Shown piece by piece: positions 52,260-64,000 of a stretch of 64,000 bases of DNA. A model generated the notes under the pieces. That model had not been told where the DNA came from and ran no database searches. It saw nothing but the letters and a program-made list of their open reading frames with translations. Positions within the stretch are counted from its first letter, which is position 1, and the number at the start of each line of letters is the position of its first letter. The position numbers and the translations under genes were made by a program. The stretch comes from Octopus sinensis (taxonomy: Eukaryota): positions 53,258,001 through 53,322,000 of the forward strand of contig NC_042997.1 of NCBI RefSeq assembly GCF_006345805.1, given 5' to 3'.

Positions 52260-52504
52260 GGGGAGAGTCATTTTCTTTTTGTGCCTTATAATGTAACACA
52301 CTCACCGGTAAAATTTCCACTTATTTCTTGTTTTTATTTTCCTAAAATTTTCGTTGCGTCTTGTAAATAACGGACAGAATCAAGACTATTGAAAAGGTTG
52401 CAAGACGCAACGAAAATTTTAGGAAAATAAAAATAAGAAATAAGTGGAAATTTTACCGGTGAGTGTGTTACATTATAAGGCACAAAAAGAAAATGACTCT
52501 CCCC
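52260..52504. repeat. Near-perfect inverted repeat, 107-bp arms, 31-nt spacer
   Basis: Arms 52260-52366 and 52398-52504; two mismatches seen, both G-T on the + strand. Confidence 0.93.
52386..52422 (+). ncRNA. Minimal hammerhead-like motif with U3:A8 core variant
   Basis: CUA-UUGAAAA-G-GUUGC aagac GCAAC-GAAA-AUUU-UAG; helix I is only 3 bp. Confidence 0.5.
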
Positions 52505-53167
52505 AGACACAACAGTTTTAGTGTTATTATAGAGAAAAAAATTCATGACAAAAATGTGATTGTCTCACATATTATCACGTTATTTAATTCCATATTTAGC
52601 AATTACATGAAATATATGAGGAATGTTAGGTTGCTATCCTTTTATTAAAGATATCCTTATCGTGTTACAAAGAAGGGGGTCAGTTGAAAGGAAAGAATAC
52701 ATAAATAATAGGCAAGGGTTACATTTCTCCACTTTACATTTCTCCTATTACATGTACGTGATATTCGAGAACACACACACACAAATTCGTAGTATAAGAT
52801 ATGGATTCAGAGAAATGTGCAGCTATCACAGAAAGCTCCTCTTACGGACTCGGCTAGCAGACCACATAGTAATCCAAAACAGAGGAGTGTAATGCAGAGT
52901 ATCCATGCAGCTGAAATCCAAATCGATGAAATTATTTCATGAGGAGTATATAAACCATAAGAAATCAAGAGTTATGAGAGATGAATATATTAATTTAACC
53001 AATTGGCATCCTTAGGGTTACAGCCGTTTCAATGTAGTAATAATTTCAGTGTGGAATAAATTATGTCGACTAGTAGGTGTAACTGTGATGCTCTGGTGAT
53101 CTGATGAACTAGAGTTCTTTCTCTGCCTTGATTTGTGAGTGTGTGTGTGTTTGTGTGTATGCGTGTA

Positions 53168-53214
<47 letters not shown>

Positions 53215-53399
53215 GAGAGAAATATATATATATATATATATACAGAGGGAGAGAGAGACAAAGAAAGAGAGAGAGAGGGAAGGAGAGAGAGAGTATCGGA
53301 TGTTATAATCGCAGGGCACAATGCACTTTGCATCGTTTTAGCTTTCTAATGATATCACCCCGCTGGGTAGGCGGGCAGGCCAACAATCTCCCTGACTAG

Positions 53400-53565
53400 A
53401 AGGCTTACTCTGTCGCAGTGTTACCCATTTAGAGGTGAGTGCACTAGGACAGCGTGAAATGGAGTGTTTTGCTCAAGAACACAACACTCTGCTCGGTCCG
53501 GGAATAAGACCCACGATTCAGCGATCGTTAGCGCAATACCCTAAATCACTAGGCCACGCATCTTC
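53400..53565 (-). mobile_element. SINE family D fragment
   Basis: Minus strand GATGCGTGGCCTAGTG..GTGTTGTGTTCTTGAGCAAAACACT. Confidence 0.7.
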
Positions 53566-53623
53566 AACCTCTGAGTGTGTGTGTGCATGTGTGTGTATTC
53601 TTCAATGCTTGCAAATAATACGG

Positions 53624-53830
<207 letters not shown>

Positions 53831-54383
53831 TTTTTCAATGCTTACAAATAATACGGAAAAAATAAATAAATAGTTACCAGGTTAGCAAAAATTCACATAA
53901 GTACCAAGGATGTAACAGCCTACTTATAAAGGTAGAAATTCCAGGTTTTGGTGAAATGCTTTTGTATAACATAGATAAATAAATAGCTGGAAATAAACGC
54001 AAGTGTTATTCAAATCTTTATACCAAGAAAACATTGGTATTATTCCAGAAGGAATAAAATGATGTTGAACAATGCAAACAAAAAAAAAAGAAAGAAAAAG
54101 AGAAACAAAACGCATCAATAAGACATTTTAACCGAATTTGATTACTGCATATATTATGAAGGAAACGCTGGTACGTTATTTAAACCGTTAATAGATATAA
54201 CGTCAAAGGCAATTTATAGAAAGAGAAGGAGGAGGAAGAAAGAAATTAGCAGAAAACTAAAAGAGGAGAAATATAGTGCGATAGGTGAATGGAATAAAGA
54301 TTAAAGGCGTGGAAATAGATATATTTGGTGGAAGTGAAATGTAAGAAAAGAGTTAAAGGTCGAATTTTATAGACTGGTAGAAA

Positions 54384-54790
54384 TCACTTATAGGAACTCA
54401 AGGTATGTTTTTGCCAATGTTTTCGACGATAAACGCGTTCTTTAAGCGTGTTTACAAGAGGATTCTCTGAGAACAGGATGAGAAACAGTTCATCGTTACA
54501 GAGTGAACAAAACGATTTCCCTTTATCATACGGAAAAGATCTAGATAGAATATTCCATTTCAAATCAAATTCACCTACTGCACTATATTTCTCCATTTTT
54601 AGTTTTCTGCTAATTTCCTTCTTAAAAGGTGTGTATGTATCAATTACAAACATTAAAATGGAAGATTACGTAGAATCAGTTTAATAGCCATTCTTGTACT
54701 TAATTAATTATTAGGTGGTTTCTAAAAAGACTGCTCCAGGCACTTACATATGGAATATCTGGAAAGATATACATACAATCTATTAATTTT
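54384..54790 (-). mobile_element. Second, divergent Penelope-like C-terminal fragment
   Basis: LKWNILSRSFPY..FCSLCNDELFLIL parallels LKWNIIQRAQPY..CELCSMEIYEIF of the upstream element. Confidence 0.75.
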
Positions 54791-55734
54791 AATCCACGAA
54801 TCAAAAGCGGAACATTGAGATAATGGAAATGCATATTTAATGGTAATGCATATTTAAACAAAAATGATAAAATCTAAAGTGTAAAAACCATAAATACTCG
54901 AAAGATATGTGCTGATATAAGTATGTGTAAAGTGTAAAATAATGCATACAGATACATATACAAAGAGGATTTAAAAAAAATATATATACATGCACACACA
55001 TATGTATATATGCGCATATATGCATATATACATATACACAAATATTTATACGCTTATATGAATATAATATAAGTATCTTGCATAGACCTAAGTGACAGAA
55101 AAATATCAATTCAAGAAGAAAAATACCAATTTATAAGGGATAAGAGGTTAATAAGTAAGGATATCAAAATGAGAAAACAAAATAAGAATTTATAGAAAAT
55201 AATAAGAAATATATATAACCTACATATAAAGAGACAGGGGAATAAAATTAGAGGCAGGGAAAAGATAAAGGTAACCTGAAAAGAGGGAGTAATAGGTATG
55301 GATGTAGTGAGGGCAATTACAGGTATTCGAACTGAAGAGGTTTTATATTACAGTTATTATTGTATGTGTGATTTTATAGTTTCTAGTGGGTATATAATTT
55401 AGTCAAAGGGAGACTTACTTTCATAAAGTTACTACACATATACACAATATGACTAGTAAGGTTGAACATCATAGAAAGGAAAATAGGGTAATCACCAAAA
55501 TGAAGTCAGGGTTATCATGGGATAACATTATATATAACACACCATATAACACAACACATAGCATATAGCATATGTAATGTTGGTGTAATGTAATGGTGGA
55601 TTATATGTTATATAATCCACCATATAACATAATATCGCATAATTTTTATATTTTATACTGGAGGGTAAGTCTGTAACGGATACGACACCAAAATATATTC
55701 CCACCACCAAAGTTGAAGTATGATACCTATAATT

Positions 55735-56272
55735 GTTAGTTTCGAAAATTCTTAAATGTGCGGGTGATGCTATGCATGCATGATACCCTTAGGTCTAATC
55801 TATTATTAATCAGGTTGTTCTTTTCTCTATACTTAAAAATCTCATAAATTTCCATAGAGCAAAGCTCACACCCATATCGACTATCTCTATAAGGCTGCGC
55901 TCTCTGAATTATATTCCATTTAAGGCTTAATCCGGTTCCGCTATCTTTAAGTTCTCATATCTTACTAGATAAATACGTACTATTAGCTAAGTCTGAATCT
56001 AAATGATGAAAAATAGTTATTAATACGCTTTTCATATTTATCGAACAGCCTATATATATATAAAGTTACCAGCTTTAGTCACAGTTGTACATTTATAAAC
56101 TACGTTTTGGATTAAACATCGACTTAATAACGGTCAATGGGATTTAACTCTACAATTGCAACCAGGAGCATTACTACTATTAATATTATTGATATTCTTA
56201 TCGTTGTTATTATTGTCATTATTATTATTATTGTTGTTATTACTACTATTATAATTATTATAGGTATTATTA

Positions 56273-56340
<68 letters not shown>

Positions 56341-58430
56341 GTTATTATTTATACTTCCGTCAACTATAGTATTATTTAAATACATCTCAGCATCATCAGG
56401 TATTGCGCCAGTAATATCTGTGATAGTATAAACATCGGAGTCCAAGTCTGTATTATACATATTAAATATGTTAATACTGTTGTTCTTGATTCCTACATCT
56501 CCATTAATAGTATTACCATTGTTGGGGTTTCAACCAGTATTGACAATACTAATATTATTATTAATTCCTCTTGCTAATTTTACATTTTTTCTATTTAACT
56601 TGGCTATGATGGTACCTATATTGGGGAGGGTAGTATACGAGATTCTGGTTGTCTTACAGGAAAATATCCTATTATATATAGATGTAGGGAAGTTTTTGTC
56701 TAAAATTGCCACAAATTTCTTATATATGCTGGTGGATATAGCACAGTTGAAGGGAACGTTATATCACACTATATTACTATTATCAGACCTCTTACGTATA
56801 TGACGGCGGAATCTGTCTACGCTTCTACTGCCCTCTAAACTCACGACTTGATTATTAAGTATGACTATACTATCACTATTTTTCTTTTTATTAGAGGGTG
56901 GTATAATCCGCTCAGTCGTCTCTCTGCAATTAGTAGTATAACTGGTTATAGACTTTAATTTTCTACTGCTATATATCTTATTATTTGAAGTGATTGGTTT
57001 GTTGGATGCTTTTACAGTAGTTCTGTTTTCCCGACCGAGTAGCTCTCTAGTCTTCCTCTCTCTTAAATTCTCATTATATATTTTATAAGTAGGTATTATA
57101 CTTTCTGGATTAAGAAAAGTAATTCCCTGGTTATATCCTGCCTTAGACAAAGCGAAGTTATAGTGGTGGGAATGAGTATTAAACGTCTTTATTAGCGGAT
57201 AATTTCGTAATTCTTTTAGAAATACTTTTGACTACTGATTTTAATATATTAGCAGGGTGATTTGAGGATTTGTTCATACACGTAGTAACTTCACCCGGTT
57301 TCCTATATGGGTAGTATAAGCCTGAGTTAATGTCTAACGTAGTGTCTAAGAAATTTGCCACCTTTGTACCATATTCAAACGTGATTTCTAAGTTGAAGCT
57401 TTTAAAAAATTTTCCAATTTTTTCCCCCCATTCTTTCCATGACCGATTTATTGCTGCTAGGGATAATGAATAATGCATCATCTCTATATAAACCTCCCTG
57501 CAATTCCGGGATTTCTCTACTAAGGCTCTTTAAGAGATACGCACCAACTAGATTAGTAATTTCAGCCGAGTTACTCGAGCATTTAGCTATATCAAAATTA
57601 TCAGGGGTGTCGGACCTCGTCCATAGCTTACCCTCAAATTCTATGATAGTTTTCCTGGTTAAAAGAATTATGTCAATTTTATCCCTAGTTATGAGAGGGA
57701 GAGGTTTTTTCGCGAAAATTAGGGATTTGTTAAGAAGAATAGAAGATATACTAAGAATAATAACTGTTAATATCAAATTGAATAAACGAGTAATTATGTA
57801 TATTTTCAATAGATTTGAACCAATATATCATTTCATCAGTATCATCCCATAATTTAAGAGATAGATTAGAAATTATTAGGGATAGTATAGTATCCAGAAT
57901 AGATTTACTAAGTCGACCAATATAGGACTTAGTCAGGTAAATCAGACTAAGAGCAGGATTGTTTTGGGAGTTCTTTTTATGATCCTTGAGCTTAATCTTT
58001 GGTTCATTTGATGCAAGGGTTCAGTTCTATCCGCTAAGTCGTAATCCATCATAATTTTTTAAATTTCTAAGTTGATGTCCGATAGATTCTTTTTCGTGGT
58101 TATTTTATATTTAGCATTGAACTCCTTCATTATTAGTCTTCTATAGGGATTATAGTTTAGTCTGTATGAGTTTCTAGTTTTATCCGCCGGCACAAGTATT
58201 CCTGTGTTGTTCTGTAGTGATTTAATAAAGTCTTTAAGTTTCTTCAGATGTAAGTTTCCTCTAAGTGGGTGTTCTTTGAATTTTATATTAGATATTTGTT
58301 CGAATATACAACATAACAATATTGTTTACAAACGTTCCCCCATCGGGCCCCTGATAAATTTTCTCTGTATTAGCATCTTAAATTTCTTAATGTCTTGCCC
58401 CTTTAACTGGTAATTAACACCATGATTTAA
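55735..58430 (-). mobile_element. Decayed Penelope-like element: RT, Asn-rich linker, CxCx5C motif, GIY-YIG endonuclease
   Basis: VPADKTRN, FDIAKCSSNSAEITNLVG, GLYRDDAL, FLDTTLD..YRKP, SYTTLPN, GCNCRVKSH*P, VVYKC..YIG (TA slippage), CELC..SCMH; many frameshifts. Confidence 0.9.
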
Positions 58431-59040
58431 AGTTTACCGCTACCCTGCTTCTTTTTTATAGATAGTTACTTCTGTCAAACTGACTCTTCCTAATGATGTA
58501 TTTTCTTTCTCTTAGGGAAAAGATATATCTATGACCATACCTAGCCATGAGCAGTCAACTCACTCTTGCTCTTTATTCAAAATAGACACAGTCTTCTAGT
58601 CTCAGATTTAATAGATGATAAAGAGATAAATAAATTAGAAATTACAACCCTTACAATCCTATGACCCCACTATACTCCATGCGATTCTAAGAAATTGTAG
58701 TCTATTCTTAGCCACTTAGCCACTCTGATACAATAGCGACAACATGGATTTCTTCTTCCATCTTCTCACTCTGTTAAAATATTTAAGAAAAATTATATTA
58801 ATGTGTCTTACTTGTTAAAAAAAATTCTATATTTTGTGCAGCTGAAAATAGCACTGCATTTAAATTGATGTAATGATTGCATTGTTCAATTAAATGAGCC
58901 GCTTGAAACGGTCGTACTGCATTACTACTTGATATCCTGTTGCTTATTTTGATTTTATTCACCTTAATTCGAGTTGTGCGGATAACACTGGACTGACTTG
59001 GTGCTTCAAATTAAGTAGCTAATTCAACTGAATCCTAATT

Positions 59041-59090
<50 letters not shown>

Positions 59091-59481
59091 ATATATATAT
59101 TCAACCTACACCCACACACACATTGAGTAAAATTTGGGCAAAAACCTTGTGATATGCAATAGTTAACACATGTTTTTTTTAATGTCTGTTTCTTTCTTTC
59201 TTTCTTTTTTAATTTTGATTATACTTGTGATTTGTCTGTTACTATTTAGGTTTAGTCTTGTCTGTAGATTGCTGAAAATAGTAGACTGCTTTGGATATTT
59301 ATGCTTGTACAGAGTGAAATTACAGTATGATCTAAAGAACTTCTCCAAAATTATCATCTGATTGGTGATATTCATTATGCAATATGTTAATTAAATCATT
59401 TCACCAATGCACTACAACTATAACGATGTGTGGAAACAATTATACTAATTTAAAATGAAGAATATCGTTCAGTCCATCCTC

Positions 59482-59490
59482 TCTTATTCA

Positions 59491-59587
<97 letters not shown>

Positions 59588-59740
59588 GTCTGTCTGTCTA
59601 TCTGTCTATCTATCTATCTATCTACCTACCTACATACATACATACATACATACTTACATACCTACATATATATATATGTATGTGTGTATATATATACACA
59701 CACACATATGCGCGCGTGTGTGTGTGCGTGTGTGCGTAGA
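59482..59740. repeat. (TCTA)n compound microsatellite
   Basis: Directly visible. Confidence 0.95.
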
Positions 59741-60753
59741 ACGCTGCTGCCTATAATAATTTGTCTCTGAGATCTTGCCTAAGATTTTCTGTTAAAAACA
59801 CACTATTCATTGCGAATGACGTCTTGGGATCTTCAGACACTGGTGTTTCGGCCTGATTTTGTCTCCTCAATGACGAACACCCAAAAGCATTCTGAATTGA
59901 TTGAGCTTCATTCTGAACGAACCCTGTGTTTTTAATACAGAAAGGCTCTTAAGAGAAGTTTCTCAGAGACAAAATATTACAGCTAGCTCCATTCTAATTC
60001 ATGATATGCGTATTTCCGCAGATAATTTCTCTAAAGCGAGTCATTATTTTCTAATGAAATTTCTGTCTTTAAAATAGCTAAGAGTATTGTCATCGAAAGC
60101 TATTGTTGTTGTGGTTTAACTGAACGTCAACTCTGATTGGGTAGACCTATAATAAGAGGCATTCAAGTCGTGACCAATCTGTCATTTTTTCAGGTAGAGT
60201 GCATCTAAATCAATGTGATTTCATGTATCCGTCTTCTTTAGGATGGCGTTTGGTGGTAATTTGGCTGTTATTTTTAGCATGTCGACCGCTTTCGTTGAGA
60301 CTTTCTTGTTGGCTCGTTATGTTTACTAGAAGAAAAGAAGTAACAGAATTATCAGTTCTATAGAGTTTTTAAAGATTCTGTTATCAATTTTATTTCACGA
60401 GAATTGATGGAAAAAACGTTTGATAACAATATTTAGTTGCTTATACGTGGAACGCATATGAGATCTATATTTAGTTGAATTGGTGACAGTGAAAATGTAC
60501 AAAGAATTTAGAGAGAGAGAGAGAAAAAAAAAAAACACTTGTCAGGAATCTAACAGAAAAATGGGCTTAAGAATTTTCATCTGTGCAGTCAGTATAATTA
60601 GAACAATACAAAGGTATTTGGGCTATATAAGAAATTGGCCATTTCAACCAGGTTTTGCTTTATCCATTTTTCGTTTTGATTTGATATCGGTGTAAGTTGG
60701 GGATAAAACCTTTCGCAAGAAAGCAGTAGTTTTGCTTTGACTTATTAGATATG

Positions 60754-60985
60754 TATTTCTTTACTATCCACAAGGGGCTAAACATAGAGGGGACAAACAA
60801 GGACAGACAAAGGGATTAAGTCGATTACATCGACCCCAGTGGGTAACTGGTACTTAATTTATCGACCCCGAAAGGATGAAAGGCAAAGTCGACCTCAGCG
60901 GAATTTGAACTCACAACGTAACGACAGACGAAATACCGCTAAGCATTTCGCCCGGCGCGCTAACGTTTCTGCCAGCTCGCCGCCT
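60754..60985 (-). mobile_element. Full-length SINE family B with 12-bp TSD
   Basis: TSD TTATTAGATATG at 60742-60753 and 60986-60997. Confidence 0.95.
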
Positions 60986-61149
60986 TTATTAGATATGGTT
61001 GCACCTCAGATGTGATGTATTGGGTTTTCTGATAAATTCTTTCGTCTTTTTTTCTATTTACTTTAATCTTTATTTTTTTTATCAACAATTTCAGCAAATC
61101 AACTAGTAATATATTCTCCTTCATTGTTTACGACTTTTTGCTAACGTTC

Positions 61150-61975
61150 CACTAGCTTGTCAGTGACGATAGAAATTATGGGATCTGGACTCGAAGATTT
61201 CATCGAACCACGCTTTTAGCTCCACGTCGTTGTTGAACAAAACATCTCGCAGACTATTTGGGAGAGCGACGGAAAAAGAAAATAATTTGAAGGTGCTATA
61301 CCAGGAGACAACGTGGCTTGCAGTAGAACTTTCCAGCCGAGCTCTTGAATAGTATTTTTGGTCGAATTAACGACGTAGAGGCGAGCGATGTCGTGTTGAA
61401 GAAACACGCCATGTCGCCGGTCGGGTCGTTTCAGCTGGATCGAGCGAGCAAACTGGAGGCGATGAAGGAACACTAGAGTTTGTCGCTTTTCGTTCAGAGT
61501 GTGTGGCACCCATGCACAGAGTTTTGGACCTTATTCATCGAATGAAGGTCACCTATCCGATGGGCCAATTTCCTTATCGATTGGTGCAGATCTTCGTGGT
61601 TGAGCTTGTTCAATCAATTCTCATCGAACTGAATAAATCGGCTGGAACGCGGGGAGTCTGCAAGGTTGAATTTTACCTCTTTGAAGCGTGAAAACCATTT
61701 CAGTAATTGCGCCTTCTCCGTACACAGCATGTCTCGAGCGACTTCGGCAGCTTTGGAACCTTGATTGAAACCAAAGAGAAGCAGGTATCGAAAATTCTCA
61801 TTTTGTTCTACTTGACACTTAATTGTTTTGTGTCTGAAAAGAGGTAAAACCAAAATGTTGTAGAGGAAAAATAGCGCTAAAATAAAACCATCAATCACTG
61901 CATTAAAACATTTTCTGCATTAATGGAAATAACATGGAAAAGAAACAAATGAATTTATTTAACAGTCCAACATTT
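61150..61975 (-). mobile_element. Decayed mariner (DD34D-type) transposon, internally deleted
   Basis: N-terminal HTH (KAAEVARD..KWFSRFK..LADSPRS) and QHDIAR..LSPGIAPSNY with 34-residue spacing and the third D changed to N; TIRs eroded. Confidence 0.85.
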
Positions 61976-61989
61976 ACAATGAACATAAT

Positions 61990-62800
61990 TTCCTTTTGGT
62001 GATGGTTAGTACTGTATTGTTGGGACTTAATTTAAAATCTGGCCTCCACGAGATTGGAAAGGAGAATGCACTAGTGAGTATTCCCATTGTCTTCGCTAGC
62101 CTTGCAGAAATATTTGGTGTCAGTTTTGAAAAGTGAGGAAATACTTGATGCATTGAGGAATGGTATGTCCAAAGCCTGTGTGTCTTTGCGGCGTGTGTGG
62201 GTAGATAGGTGTCAGGTGCTGGAGTGTACTAAAGACTCTTTATGCAATTAATTTAGAGCAAAGTGAAATCCATCCTTCTCGAAGCTATACTCAGCGGAGA
62301 TCATGAACTGAATACAGTGAGCTAACAAAATTCTCGCTGATCTAACCTTACTGCGGCTGCTTACAATGTTGAACTACATAACCTTACAGCATTAATTTAG
62401 GGCGAGCTGAACCTGATATTTAAGTTAAAAGTAGTTTAGTTCAGTTAGGGAAAATATATTTTATACATTAAACACTATTTAGAAATAATTATGCTGAGAG
62501 GGAAAACAATATTAGTGAATGGCGCAAATACCGGAGACAACCCCAGTATATTTAAGCTTTATTATGACCTCATCAACGAAAAGTTGACTTCACCACACTA
62601 AAAGAAGTGATGGAAAAGTAAGTAAATGTAGAAGATTGTACACTAGTTGGATTAGAAAACTAGAATCGCTTAAATAAGTGGTTTGACCACGGACATAACA
62701 GTGAGCTTGTCAAAATATTGTCGGGAGACTTCTCACGTGGAATCTATGTTCTGACAATTCAGCTGTCTACTATTTCTGGAAAAGTCTGAATATTAAATTT
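61990..62800 (-). mobile_element. Possible CR1/L2-group LINE 3' fragment
   Basis: Weak motif RLAKTMGIL; composition similar to the other LINE relics. Confidence 0.4.
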
Positions 62801-64000
62801 AATAAAGACATATAGATATTAAGACTTTTTCCTTGAATACCATTTAAAATTATCACCCAATCCGGCAATAAAAGTTCTTTGCATGCTCACGTACGGATGC
62901 ATATATACATACACACTTGTATATGCATACTTATGCAGGTAATTATACACCTACGTATAATGTTAGCTCTTTTTCTTACTTAAAGCCATAAACTTAAATC
63001 TCGTTATTTTTTTCTATTGTTGTGAATCCGTGTTTGTCAACCTACCTGTTGATTACATTTACAAACATATCACAGCTTATGCATTCAGCCAGTCCTTAAA
63101 AGATCAACCAACATACTTACCTTTCACTCGACAAACAGCCAATACAACAATTTCCAGCACATGCTGATGAAACATATATGCGCTGGGTCAACTAACTCTC
63201 TATTGCTTGGTGGTCACATTTGGTACATGCAAATGACGAAACATGTCACCTCCATTCCAGGAATAAGTCTGACTATACATCACTCTTTCTTTAAGTATTG
63301 CTGCACTGTTGTTCTACCACTTGCTTTTGATTCAACTAACTCTTATCTTCACCAAAATCTTCACCTAATTTTCTTTCTTTTTCTTTTCTTTTCTTTTCTT
63401 TCTTTCTTTATTTTTTGAATGGCTGCGCTAAGAAAAATTCCAAGCAGACTTGTAAGATTAATTTTTGTATGGCTCAATGTATGCGTTGGAACGAAAGATA
63501 TGGGAGTGAAGAAGAAACGATTAATATAGATAAACGTTAAATGTGATAGTAAACGCCTGTCAAAGTTAAAGAGATCGAGTGACTCATTCATGATCTTTCC
63601 TTTTTGCATTGGAATGATTCAATATGGTTTATATGATGAATCAACCACCATTACCACGACCACGACCATGACCTGGAGAGCATATTATAGATTTTTATTG
63701 AAATCCAATTAGCCTATTATTGAACTGGATGTTGGTGTAACATAGATGCAAAGATGGTAACAAACATACAGACAGGACGACAGACAGATAGAAATTGCCA
63801 TTTATATATATATAGAAAGAGATAGATACAGTGTGTTTATTACGGTACGCAAAAATTAAAAATTAATACTGTAAATTGTTAATTCTATCTATGTGTAGGA
63901 AATAACACTTGATGTGGTGGCAGAGGTCGTGTTGACATTTTTCATTATGACTCTGTAGAGATGTGATATTCCACTGATCCCTGCTTCCTACTTGTAGAAG

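Noticed and set aside
58890-58925. Hammerhead-like TAAATGAGCCG..CGGT next to the Penelope 5' end
   Set aside because: Too many core mismatches and it lies on the opposite strand to the element.
59760-59975. Degenerate ~40-bp inverted repeats around a mariner-like HTH fragment
   Set aside because: Probably a decayed Tc1/mariner derivative, but the boundaries and TSD are not supportable.
63120-63340. Strong minus-strand donor AAG|GTAAGT at ~63120
   Set aside because: No polypyrimidine acceptor and all frames contain stops; it could be a non-coding exon but is unsupported.

Overview
AT-rich, microsatellite-dense animal genomic DNA. The SINE and repeat families look like those of Octopus; this is an inference from memory, not a search. 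I found no convincing host protein-coding exon, intact tRNA gene or CRISPR array, so the window is probably intergenic or deep intronic. Almost all interpretable sequence is nested mobile DNA. DNA transposons: four IS630-Tc1-mariner lineages (DD37D maT, DD36E Incomer-like, DD34D mariner, Tigger/pogo), piggyBac, hAT and pogo MITEs, a Chapaev3-like relic and about seven Helitrons (two with PIF1 helicase fragments). Retroelements: a Gypsy pol relic, Tx1 and CR1/L2-group LINE fragments, a decayed Penelope-like element (RT plus GIY-YIG) and several tRNA-derived SINE families. There is also an orphan 5S rRNA pseudogene and a heavily decayed Maverick/Polinton (pPolB plus probable minor capsid). The most interesting signal is not in the ORF track: a set of Penelope-type type I hammerhead ribozyme motifs from four unrelated short repeat families. 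One has a fully canonical core (25440-25527), one has the compensatory U3:A8 core (52386-52422), a complementary-degenerate inverted pair sits in a tRNA-headed (AAT)n SINE-like element (2214-2955), and one is broken (24547-24587). Three of the four families occur with inverted 5'-truncated copies of their own tails. All translations and folds were done by eye, and boundaries of decayed relics are approximate.
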